A stretch of 49,628 nucleotides of DNA, the filler included, from Sphacelaria rigidula (lineage: Eukaryota), in the NCBI GenBank assembly GCA_964200075.2. It is 3 parts of 3 records of this genome, joined end to end, with 100 filler letters (N's around TTAATTAATTAA, not from the genome) between each part and the next. Parts side by side here need not be neighbours in the genome. Positions count along the whole stretch, not along the records: positions 33,153 to 49,628 come from CAXNAA020001344.1; 2 more parts are not named here. The stretch is one strand, 5' to 3'. Each line of letters begins with the position of its first letter. Position 1 is the first letter of the stretch. Under the pieces are notes generated by a model, which was not told the DNA's origin, made no database searches, and saw nothing but the letters and a program-made list of their open reading frames with translations. Positions 33,803 to 46,500 of this stretch are shown here, one piece after another. A program made the translations under genes and the position numbers.

Positions 33803-36800
33803 CTCGAAAGAAGTGTCCAGTTGGCGGGAAGATTCCTCATTCAAAAGAAACCCATCGGCGAACTCCCACGCGCCTCCCCCGCATCGCACGGGGAAGGAGC
33901 TGACCACGCCGTCCGGAAGGCCCCAGGGGTTCCCGTCTGAGAATACTCCCATGGACACCACTTTTGTCGGCGATGATGCTGTATACAGTTAGATGAAATG
34001 ACGATAAGGGCGCACGGCAAGGGAGGGGAGAGAGAAGGGAGAAATATTTATGACAACGTTGTACGAATCGCGAACATTTTATTATTTTCCCCTGCGTTTT
34101 TTCGTCATACTCCACGTTTCGACCCCCTTCGCTTCCTCGGGACGAGCCCGTAGTCTTAAGCGTATACTCCCTGGACAATATATGGTCATTAGATTAAACA
34201 GACGAGAAGTGTACTGCACAAAGTATGAACCTATTGCAACTATTGCCGGCCGACGTTAGTCGCAATAGGCCTATACTTCATGCAGTACGTTTCTTGTATA
34301 TTGCAACTATTGACCATATATTGCCCAAGGTGGGAAAGCGTTCCCGGTCAGATTGTCAACCCATCCCTACCCTGGTACTCTACATGCCTGACACGTTGGC
34401 ACATGTCGCGCAGGGAATCAGGGCTCAATCCCACACCGCGTCGACTTCATCACATCATTTTTTTTGCTACTCCAGTGCGGAACGTTCTCGCATCTTGAAC
34501 GGGAGATCAGATACTGTACTTCCCAAAAGAAAAACATACCGATGATACCCCTGACCATTTTGGTCCAATGTCTTCCCTGCAGACACGTGACATTTCGCTG
34601 TCGAGCTCTCAGAGGTAACCATGTCGCCTTTATTCGACTACAGAGTATGGTTTTGTCGCTGGTACCTCTCAATAGATATTTCGCTTGGATTCCGCTGGAC
34701 ACTGATTGGGGCGCGTTTTGTTTGTGCTAGGGTTCGGAGTACATTTGCTTTCCGCGCCGCGCTCTGCATGGCGCCATGGCGTTGCCATGCATTCCGTTCA
34801 TGTATTTCCTCTCGCAACGTATCAACGAACCCTTCGACGCTCGGAGGTACTATCTGTCTCGACTGTTATTTAATTGCGGAATCGGCCTCATTGATGTGAA
34901 TAGGTATCATGTCCAGTTCAAAATAATCATATATGCCTTCTGTCAAATTCGCTGTCAACCGCTCAGAAGCCCGCATTTCGTCTTCACTTGATTCTAGACT
35001 GCATGTTTCTCGCTGATACCTCTCAGTAGACGTTCCGTTCGCATTTCTCTGTATGTTACGGCGCGTTCTGTTTCTGCTTGTGTTTGAAGTAAAACTGCTC
35101 TCCACGTCTGAACGAACCTTTCGCCACTCGGGGGTATCATCTCTTGCGACCGCTCTTCACTCGTAGAATCGGCGTCATTTCCGCTTGGGAATCGAGTAGG
35201 CACCATGTTCAGTTGCACTGGATCTTAGTGTAGAGCAGAAAAGAAGCAGCTGCACCAGGAAGCGGTACAGAGGCAATGACAAGAAAGAAAAAAAACTGAA
35301 CTTGCGACGACGCGAGATACGTGCAAGATCAAAACACGCTCGAGGTGTGCCAGTCCTGCCCTGAAAGTAGATCGTATCCAGCGTTGACATGTGCCATATT
35401 CGAGAAATACGGAAAAGGCTTTTTTTTTTATTTCACAGTGCAAATGTCTCAGGATCGGAGTACAGAATAAAATAAAATAAACGTCATCAAAAAAAAAGTT
35501 AAGGGAGTATCACATCCGACGGAGGGGGAAATAATTTTTTGTTACACTCTGATCCTGAGATATTTGCACTCTGAAATGGCAAAAAAGCGGGGGGGTTTTC
35601 CCCAAAATCTCTACTGCCGCGCTGAATATTCTACTGCTGTAGGTGTACTGTCTCCGAAAGCCCAAACGACCAAGGAAGGGTTGCTCGCTGGTACGTTCAG
35701 ATACCGGAGTGTTTGTGCGTGGCCCACATGACGTACACGATGACGGCCGAAGGCGACACGCCGCAGTCAGCACAGGCCGGCGCAGTTGCATACAATGAGC
35801 CGTGGTGTCTCGTCATGCACCTCTGCACTGTCAGGTTTGTCATCTGTCGCTACGACCGTCAGGTACGAGTAACATGATTCTTGGCTGGAGTTCCAAGATA
35901 CATGACTACCGGCGATAAAAGTGAGAGAAGGCAAACCTGACCGTGTAGAAGTCCATCATGAGACACCACAGTTTCATGGTGCGCAACCGTACGGTCCTGT
36001 ACTTCCTGCAGTGTGTTGTTAACCCTTGGGCCGCCATTGTAGGTCATCCGGTGAAAGTGATGCCGAAATGGGGGGAAAAACACAAACACCGCTGTCTGAG
36101 CGCACCACCGAGCAACCCTTGGCCATTTCGATTTCCAGGATAGTACTCGTAGAGCAGTACAGCACGGTAGGATGAATGAAGTACGACACTGTAGTCTGAG
36201 CAGGGAGACATGGACCCGAGAGGCGCCCCGCGGCATCATTTTCGCTTGTAAAAAGTATTGAAAATGGCGTCAACTTAACAAATGGGCAGTTCCGGCGATC
36301 AACCCCTGATCGGCCTCGAGCCACAAGTCAAGTGCATGCCTCTTCAGTATACGTATGTCTTCGCTGAGGATTTTTCGTTCTCGCGGGATACATGATCTTA
36401 CGGCTTGCAAGTGACGCTCGCTGGCAGTCGCCACCGCTGCGATATAAGTAAATAACATACACCCTCTTTTCCTAAGCTTTCGCAGAAGTCCTAGTGCTTT
36501 CGAGGCGGAGACGCTACGCCTTGAGCGTGTTTTGATCCTGCACGCATGCCGCATCGTCTCAACTGTGCCCCCTCTTCTACTGCACTTCTGCTGCTGCTTT
36601 ACCGTACATGCATTCAGACTTGTTTCAGAGTGATGCATGCTACGGTAGGGGTTGTATTTTTTCTAGCAAAAACGTTTCTCGGGGCTGCTCAGGATGTTGG
36701 ACGCATCATTTGGTAAATCGGTTATCCTTTTTACTTGAAAAAGACCGAAAATGATGGCGATTCACGAAAAAAAAGCCCCTGCGTGCGAACGCCAGGTTTC

Positions 36801-37481
36801 TGGGAGTCTGGCCCCCGGAGATTTGGATTGCACAGCAAGCCCCATATATTTGTGCTCCAACAAAAAAGAGACCCAGAAACCAAAAGTTCAACCCCTACCG
36901 TAGCATTGCTCTTCATCAGGCGCTGAACACATCGGTACAGAACAGTCAACGTGCCATAGCTCTACACTGAATAGTCTACTTACAGGGCAGGACTGGCACA
37001 TGTCGAACGTGTTCCGATATGGCACGCATGTCGCATCTTCCCAACTTGAGTTCTTTTGTTACTGTCGGTGTACTGCTGCAGCAGCTGCGGCTCGGAGACC
37101 TATCTGAACTCGGAAACGTTCATCCAGGGGACCTACTAGTTTCTGGGTGAGCTGTTATTTCGAGCTGTAGGGAGTCCCTGCACACTTGTACCAGGTGCAT
37201 CGTCGGTACAACAGCGAGGATTCTCGCTGACGAACAAGGGATGGCTACGTTGGCTGGCAAAACTGCGTGAAAGGTATAGCCACTTTTAGGCACTCCTCGA
37301 GGTTCACATACAGCCAGGGGGGGAAAGAAGTCAGATTTTCAGGTACAGGTGCACTAGCAGGGTTTGCGGTCGAGATCAGGTACTCTGCCCTTTCTGCCGA
37401 TCAAACGGCCGTATTTAAAGCGGTCTATACTGCTACCGAAGCTGTAGCTCAATTTTTCTTCATGTTTGGTTTTTCTTTCGT

Positions 37482-37512
<31 letters not shown>

Positions 37513-40500
37513 CATTTTGTCTTCGTATATTCTGTTCGTTATTTATTGTCTCTACTGTGGATAGTCTACTTACTGTCCGCCCTACCTTTCTGTTCTCTTC
37601 ACGCCTTGGGCAGTATACGGTCAATAGTTGCAATAGACAATAAATGTACTGCGTACAGTATAGTCGCAATAGGTCTATACTGTACGCAGTACATTTATTG
37701 TCTATTGCAACTATTGACCTTGTCGGCCGAAAGTAATTGCAAATGGGACTATACTTTACACAGTACATTTCTTGTCTAGTGCAACTTTCGACCACATATT
37801 GTCATTGTCCAAGGTGTCGTTTTCTTCACTTTTCTTCAGCGAGCGTTCCCATCTTGTTTCATCTCGAGTACGCCTATCATGTGGAGGATGACCACGGCGG
37901 GATCCCGGGAGGATCAGGTAAAGTGCGACAATCAATCAAATCAATCAAATCAATCAATTGGTCGCGTACATATACCTCGGGCTACATCCAACTTGTGGCC
38001 CCGGGCTGGACTCCTAGGGGACCACTCAATGTGCGACAAACGGGTCAGCCAGATGAGGGCCAAGACCCCTGGACGTGGGGGAAGTGGTCACGGGAGCCAC
38101 GGGCTTGGCCGTGGGACGTGCCTAGAAAGTCCATTCTTGTGTTGTAGAGAGACGAGAGGATCGAGTCGGGCAGTGTCGGGAGGGGGCGCCTACGGCAGGC
38201 GCCGCCTCGCGTTGGAGTATGACCATTACTCCCGGTACAGGATGGACATTGACCCGAGAGGACGGACAGTTGTCCCTGGGGAAACATTCCCGGAACTATG
38301 CCGGAGACATGAACATTCCTGGAACGGAGCGGAGGGATGCCTGAATATTCCCGGAACCATGCCGAGGGAGATATGGTCCCGCCGCGCGTGTGGATACATG
38401 TAGACTTAAGACTACCCTGATGCTAACATCTACTACCCTGACACTCACAAAATCAAACACATTAACCCCCTCGTGACCCGGCCTCCAGAACGACCAATGA
38501 GGCTGGTTAGGAATGATATGTCTGGCATCTGCACGAAACAGTGGCTTCATGTCGCTGAAAATCTGCGCATGTAACCGCAGGGTTATGAGGAAGACCGAAA
38601 GTTTCATCCAATCTATTTTCAGGTGCAGGGTGCGCATTAGGTAATACTGTACATCTGATGTAGAAAGCAGTATGGGTAACGGCAGAGAGCTTTCAACAAG
38701 ATACGGCGACCGGCGGGCCGCCCGCCACTTGTGGTTTTGGATGATATTATTGTCCCTATCATCGTGCCACATAGCCCTTTGTGGTCGAGGTGGGCCGCGA
38801 GTTCCCTCTTTGTTGCAAGCGGCAATTTCTTTTTGAAGAGTATCAGCGTTGCGGCGCACATACATACAGTACAGTACAGTGCAGTACGCCTCTCCGACTG
38901 CAGCAGCAGCTACCGCTGCATACTCCATTGCACGTTCTGGCCAGTTCTCAGCTGCCTATATACAGCTTGTTCGTCCCCGCCCACTACATACATGTTGAGT
39001 GCACACTGTAAGGCACCGGCAGAGGGATAGGCAGAATTCATGATGATAGCTCCTTTTGTCTTCCCACGGTCCACCTAGGTTTAGTGCCTCGTGAAAATGA
39101 TCACATAGTAGCATGTACACGACCTCCCGGTTTTTCCGCCTACACCCTGTGTTAGTGTAATTATCACTTTCTAGGATAGGCTGGCGACCCAAACAAAGTC
39201 CCGGGAGATCCCGGGAACGTTATACTGAATGCAAGTAATACGAGAAGCCATTCCCCGAGCATACGGGATTTGCATACCTGGGGAGGCTTATCGGGGCCAG
39301 GGATGAGGCTCCCACACGATCTTTGCAGTGACCTCACACTCGGTAACAGTCCCCGCGCCGGTCGTTCGGGTTTGGTCGATAAAATTCGCCTCGCCGTGAT
39401 TGGGCGGGTCGCTCCCCGACTTCTTTCTTGTTATTTCACAAACACATGGTCAACCCCGTGTGTGGAGGGTTGGTCCCAAAAGGGCTAACGTGACCACTGC
39501 CCGCTTTGAACATCTTGTGTTTGGGGTAATGTATCTCCTGCATACCGAAATCTCTCGATGTCATGCACTCTGAGTCACTAAAGCGTATTGGAAGGATGCT
39601 ATCTATCCCTGTCCCGAACATCCCTGTGTCCTTGGAGCAAAACTTGGCAATGGGGGCGAAAATACACAGGGCAGCTCGTGTGTCCACAGTCTACACACCC
39701 CCCCCCCCCCCCCCCCCCCCACCCCCCGCCCCCGCCCCGCCCTCCCCGCAACGCTGCCACCCACCCGCAGNNNNNNNNNNCCCTTGGCTCTGGGGCCACC
39801 CTTCGCCAGTGGGGGGAAACAACCCCGGGCCCCGCGTGTGTCCACACTCTCCCCCCCCCCCCCCCCCCCCCCCCCCCCGTTTTCAGGATATAGGTGTGAC
39901 GCGGGTAAGCATCCAGCCTTTCAGTTTTGAGGATGGATGAGGGTCGAGTCTCTCAGGCCTAGGCTCTTGGTGAAAATCACGTTAGAGTCCCTCAAAACAC
40001 ACAGGAAGCAGTGTATTTTGCTGTACTGTACTATCATATCGCAGTGTGCCATCAAATTACATAATTTCATTGCCGCGTGTCGCACTGCACTGTCTGCGAT
40101 GAGCCTGCACTAAAACGTCCCAAACATATACTTCAGTAAATAATGGAATCACATTTCGTCACCTCTACCAACCCCCCTCCCCCATCCGTCCCGAAAGGGA
40201 TGCGTTGTCAATGGGTCAATGGTCAAATGGCAAGCAAGCAACAAATGAGTAACCCCCCCCCCCCACCCCCCCCCCCCCCCCCAACACCCCCAGCCCCAAC
40301 GCCAACCCCAAAAACAAAAAAACCACACCNNNNNNNNNNGGTTAAATGTCCAAAGGCAAACCAACAAAAAAAGGGTAACCCCCCCCCCCCCCCGCCCTTC
40401 TCTTGTAAAGATGCGAGGTCAATGGTCATATGAGATCATGAGTAAACCCCTCCTCCTCCGCCCGGTACACTTCTTCGCCAAATTTCACACCTGGACCTAG

Positions 40501-43500
40501 CCAATCCCCCACATGAGCAGCGATGGCGTTTGCCGCGGACATTGCGCTGCTGAGCTTTCGAGCGGCCAGAACCGCCGCACCGCGTCCCCTGACGGTCTCC
40601 GCCAGATTGTCATCCGCCAAACCACTCCCGGCATCGTCGATCCCCGCGGCTGACGTCGAAACTCCGTTCCCAAGACCGTTTCCGGGAACATTCCCGGCCA
40701 CGAAATCTGGAGAAGTGTTGGGGTGCCACAGGGCTAGCCACGCAGCGTCCTGGATGATGGTATTGGCAGGCACCCAGCGGTTATTGACGTGAAACTCGAC
40801 CACGCTTGTGTCAGGTACCTGTTGAACATGGTTATACGTCCGCGAAAACAAAAAAACGGTAGTGTCACAAGTAAAGTACGGGCCGAGAACTTCAGAAGCA
40901 GAAGTCTAGGAATCAGCAGCTGTTGACCTTTTTGAGATCCAGAGTTTTCTTTCCGACGGAAACTTGAGCTTATTTGAAGGGAAGTCGTTAGTGTTGCGCT
41001 TCATGGCGACAATCGTATGTGTCAGGTAAACTATCAAAATTTGGAATTTACCACAAACTACCAGAAGCACGTACGTCCAGAGGACTCCCGTCACTCCAAT
41101 CCGCTAGACAAATGCGTGTATATGAAGACGGGTGATCTCACCACTGAGGGGGACGAGGGGATGGGAAGGAGAGGGAGGGAGGGGGACGTGATCTCCTGGA
41201 CCTGTGCTTTTTAGGGGAGAAGGGGACGGATGCTGCAGCTACACCATCGGCTACAGTATTTCAAGGGCGTGTTGAGTAGGGTAAGTACCCGGGTACTTAA
41301 TACTCCGAATTTTGGGTTGCAATGGTCCGACCGCCAAACTCTACCCAAATGTTGGGTAAAGTGAGGTACGATCTCAATACCCTACCCAACATCTGGGTAT
41401 TGTTGAGTACGGTCTCAATGCTCTACTCAAGACTTGGAGTACTTGGAGTACTTGGAGTACGATCTTTCAAACTACCGAAACGTAGTAAAATACCCTAGGC
41501 AACACACCCTTTCAGTACTCATACACTGCAGGGTAATGTATCGAGAACTGTTCTCAGTTTCCATGTTGCTGAGTAGCCTCGTTTTTGCTCCCCGCACAAC
41601 TGTAGGTCGTATTCCAGAATTGATCACAGATATCAAAATAGAAGCTGCCACCCATATTCTTATTTTCGCAATACTGAATAAAACATTAAACAAGACAGTT
41701 GAATAATGCAGTACACGACGCATTGACATTTTCCACACACACACATGTCGCGTGTTATTTTCTCGGGCAAACTCTCCTGGAAAATGACGTCACCGAACCG
41801 TTCCCCTACGAGTTTCATTTCAAGCCTACTTCGCTTCATTACCCTCGTAGCTGACCCTCATCCTTCAATATTAAGCGGGTGGTGGGGGGTGCTCCAGCTT
41901 CTTGCAGAAAGGAGCCAGTCACTCGAAAGTGGTCGCTGCAAAGTTGTGGGGCCCGAAACGCGAGAGGGGGGGTGTACTCATGATTTCCGATCCCGTAGTC
42001 AGATGACCGTTGACCTCGTATCCCTACAAAGCCGGGACGGAGTACGCCGGGTCTTCGCCAGGCCAGGCTCGCAATCGATCACCAAGCGCGAAGCGCCATG
42101 ATGTGTTCGGCGAGTCGCATGAAGGATGAGCTCCATCCCACCAAGATTGTTTGGTCCAAAGCCTACTGATTATGTTGGCATATGAATGGCAGGCTCGAAT
42201 GAATTGCTTCATTTTCTGGTATCGCAACTTCCAGAGACATCCACGGGATTCACACGGCCTCATGGGTCTCGCCATACTCGTATAAACACCGCGTATTATG
42301 ACCATGCCCTCTGCGCAGAGTTCAGGCTCTCCCATCCCGCACAATATGATCTAGTTTGACCAAGATCACACCATCACGGTTATCGCGAAGAAGCGCGAAC
42401 GAAAAACAAAAAACGGTAAGCCGGTATTCTAGCTCAGGCAATAAGAGGCGTAGTCTAGAGCGTCGTTGCCAATCGACGTCAACCCTCACAAGGGAGAGGT
42501 ACGGGTTGCTCCTGCTCTTCTTCTGTGCAGAACCGTTTCCGAAAGATTGCATCGAGTGGTTCAGGGAAAAAAAAAAAATGAGCCGAACACACGCGCTAAA
42601 ACCGGAGGGACCCGGAAGTCACAATGCGTTCAACGGTAACAAACACACGCACAGCCGTCAACATAGTGCTATAGTAACGAGGGGTGAGGGCAAGACACAA
42701 CACCCGGCGCGAAATTCGCCATACAATACTCGTACTCAGGACACAGACAACAATGTTTTGGTGAGATTGAGAGTAGAGGATACGATCGAGAGTGAAAAAG
42801 CGGCCAATTAGTGAATGAATCGTTTCAGTTCCGAAAGGCCCCCTCCACAAGGCCCGATATGCTTTCTGTAGTAGCTCGCCCCTGAGGTGCTTGGTATCCC
42901 TGAGTAGGAAGGATATCGACGTGAAGCTGTAAACACACGCTAGTGACAGAGGCAGAGTAAAGCACACGCAGATTGAAAAAATGGCTAGGTTAAAGCGAAT
43001 TACCGAAGCCACTCTCAATCAGTGCTCTACTCTCAATCTCACGAAAACGTTGTTAGACATCAAGAGACAGACTCCGGAGGACAGGCGAGAGGGAGACAAG
43101 ACACCTACAGACACGCACCTGAGAATTACTGTGGTTGCCCCAAACACAAGCTCCCCTCACGTCGGCAGGCCCCAAGCGCGGCTGGTCGCTTCCATCAGCA
43201 GTACCACGTGTCTTCTCGGAAATACTCTTGTTAGCTTTTTCCAGAAGCATTCCCACCATTCGGTCATGATCCAGCCGACTCAGACAGCTGAAGTTTGACC
43301 TGTGCAGGCACATTGACGGGGGTACGACGGGGGCGTACTCATTTGTTGCTTGCCTTGGTGGTTTGAGCATTGGCCACGCATCCCTTTCAAGACGGAGCAC
43401 CGCCCCTACTCCTAAGAGAGACACCCCGACCATTCAGGTGCTCATTACGTTTCTTCCACACACAACACATGACACCTCGTACATCTCTTATCCCCGCCCT

Positions 43501-46500
43501 GTTTCGCCGTCTGTGTCCACCATCCATCATCGAGTATCAACCATCATTTTCTCGCTACTGTCTAACGCATCAAACGATTTCATGCCACCTTTGTTCACAT
43601 CCCGCATTTCCCCCTACAGCATGTCCCGTTACTCCTTGTATAGGTCACATTCTGCCACTATATTACTTCCACTCTTTATTCCTTTGCCACAGGGGCAATT
43701 CTGTGCATCTACTTCCTCCTCCTCTCGACCACTGGTATATCTATTTCTTCTTTCTGGCAAGTTCAGGTCCCCCACCCGAAATGGCAATTTTTTCGCTGCG
43801 TCCATTGGGCCATGCAGATATGCATTCATCCCTATCCCCTCTCTCTACCCCCGCTATATCTTCAGGTGTTCTTCCTCGTCTATTTTGCGTCAGAGCGCTT
43901 CTCTGCCACTCACTTCTAAAATGTCTCTTTCTTGTGTCCTACCCCGCGCCTCCATCTATGGACACTATTTCGTCTTGGTTTTTCCCCATCTCCTCTCATA
44001 CTTTCTCAACTTCTCCGTCCCACCTTATTCCAGCCTGCCCCTTCGTAATTTTCTTCCAGACAACCCCTATTAACTATGGCTGACAATCTCTTTCTCTGCA
44101 TGTTCTTTACGCTATGTCGCCATCGCAATTCTCGCATGTCGCTGTTTGTTTCAAGTGAGTACATTCCCAACTGTGCTCTCAATGCTGCATTACTCGTCGT
44201 TTTCGAGCACCCAAGTATCACGTAGTGTTTTCTTAGCTGTTGCCATCTGTGCTGTTTCCAACTCCTTCACCAACTTCAACGTTCACTCCCATATTTCTCC
44301 TGAATATTCCAGCTTTGGTACGATCACGTTCATCAGGATACATCTCTTAATCCTAGTGTCTAGGTACGAGACTCTGAGGACCACGTCCACCCTTTATATC
44401 TGTGCTGTTTTCTATTCTATTACCTTGTTTATGTGTGCATCCTAAGAACATTTGTTTCAGATCTCTACGCCAAGGTATGTATACTGGTCTACGATCTGCA
44501 GTTCCTCTTCTCCCCACTTCCACTTGACCTCTACCGGATATTTCTTATCTTCGTTACAGACGAGTACCGTGCATTTGTTTACCTTCCCTGTCGCTCTCCA
44601 TTTCCTAGTGTATTCTAGCGCCTTTTCCTTTTGCTTCTGCTTTTTTTTTTTTTTTTGCTTCGTACTTTCCTCTTGTTTTCCTTTTCCTTGCTTTAGGGTC
44701 GGCCATTTCTTTCTGTGCTTTGCTCGTGTTTAATTTTCATCACTTTTTTAGTCCCGACTCAGTCTGATATGTCGTTATGTTCGACCACTCTCTTCTTTTT
44801 TTTTTTTTCTTCTTCTGTTCCTCTTTTTCTTATTATCTTAGAGCATGTTTTGAGTTTCGTTTCTCTTGGGTACGTCTATCATGAGACCACGCCTGGACCC
44901 CGGGGGGGTCAGCTAAAGTGCGACAATCAATCAATCAATCGATCAATCAATCCTTCTGCTGTTCCTGAGATCCTCACAAATCATCCGCGAACATCAACCC
45001 TGATACCTTAATTTCACCCACCTTGACACCTTGCCCTGTTGCTTCTATTGCTAATATCAGATCAATAGTAAATAACTTCAATAAAGTGGGTGATGACGTA
45101 CATTCTTGTGCAACTCCTTGTAAAAAATCGAAACATTTCGATATTTCCCCGTCTAGCATCATAGCACTTTTGGCACATGCTGTCGTCTTCTTCACCATTC
45201 TCCACATCTTTTCTCTGATTCCAGTTCCCCGCAACATTTTCCACAGCAATTTCTCCATACTGTGTCGTAAGCCTTTTGCACGTCCAGAAAAAGGCACGAC
45301 CTTATCAGCCCGGTGTCTTTCCCATCTTGAATATTATCACCTAATGTGTACACATGGTCTACGCAACTACGGTCTGGTCTAAAACCTGCTTGTCCCTCGC
45401 TGTTTTTGCCCCCCTTCTCTAGCATCGTTCCTACTCCATCATTGAGAATCTTACAGGATGTTTTCCTTACGTGCTCAGTAGCGTTATCCCTCTATAAGTT
45501 CTAGGGTCAGCCTTGGTAATTTTTTACAAAATTGACTACTACTTCTTCTCTCCACCTCTTCGGTGTGTCCTCGTTTTCCCAGATCCAGTTACACAGCATA
45601 ACCATCATGGTAATCATTCCTTCCCCCCGTACTTCCGAAATCCATTCACTATTTCGTTCGCCCCTGCTGCCTTTCTGTTCTTGAGTTTAGCTACATACTC
45701 CTGTACTTCGTCTCTCCTGGTAGGCTATCTCTGCAATTATTGTAGCCACTATCTTTCCGTTTTGACGTCTTTACATTTGCCTCTGCCCACGCGTTGATTT
45801 CTTCTCAGATTCCGTGTTGAACTTCGTGTTAGTTTTTGGTGTTCCTAGTTTGCGGTAGTGCTCTACCAGCTCTTCTCTCTTCCCCTCCGAACTACCAACC
45901 CTTTTACCGTTTTGTACCCGTAGTGTGGCTATCCCGTCGTCCATCTTTCCTGCCTGGTTTCCCATAATCCCTTTTATCCCTACCCATATTTGCTTCATCT
46001 CGCCATCGAAAGCTTTGTTTATTTACTACAGTTTTCCATACTCACTTATTTTTCTCTTCCACTATATTTTTGGCAATATACCGCTACCGGGTTTTTCCTG
46101 TGTCTCTCTCCCGTCAATTTACTCTTCTTTAGTCTGTTTCAACTTGAAAACTGTTGTGTTTTCTGTGTCTCGCCCCCCGTATAGCTCGTGGGTGACAATT
46201 TATGCCCGAATAGTGGGGTTCCTAAATAGATTTCTGTCATTTTGAATTCCGGAAAGACCGTGCGTTTGACACTTTCCACGATATCCCTCCCCACCCCCCC
46301 CGCAAAAAGGCTGGTTTGGGAATGCAAAACCAACGACTAAATATAAATGAAAAAGGCTGAGCACAACGAGCAGCTGGGAATTCCCACGCTTGGGTTCGTT
46401 TTCGACAATAACGCTCACATGAGGCGCTTCATGCAGCCTAAAACCAAACATCAGGCGCTGGACTACCATTTCCTCATGACAGTTTTGGGTTGTTCTTGGG

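Noticed and set aside
38296-38928. 210-aa - strand ORF in the MDH intron
   Set aside because: No recognisable motif, and it is not needed for the MDH frame. It may be a decayed element, but I cannot support that.
39690-40400. Poly-Pro/poly-Gly ORFs and G-quadruplex-like tracts
   Set aside because: These are homopolymer C-runs next to 10-N scaffold gaps. The sequence is low quality and intronic, not coding.
43363-44083. 236-aa and 237-aa + strand ORFs
   Set aside because: Antisense shadows of the purine-rich LINE on the - strand.
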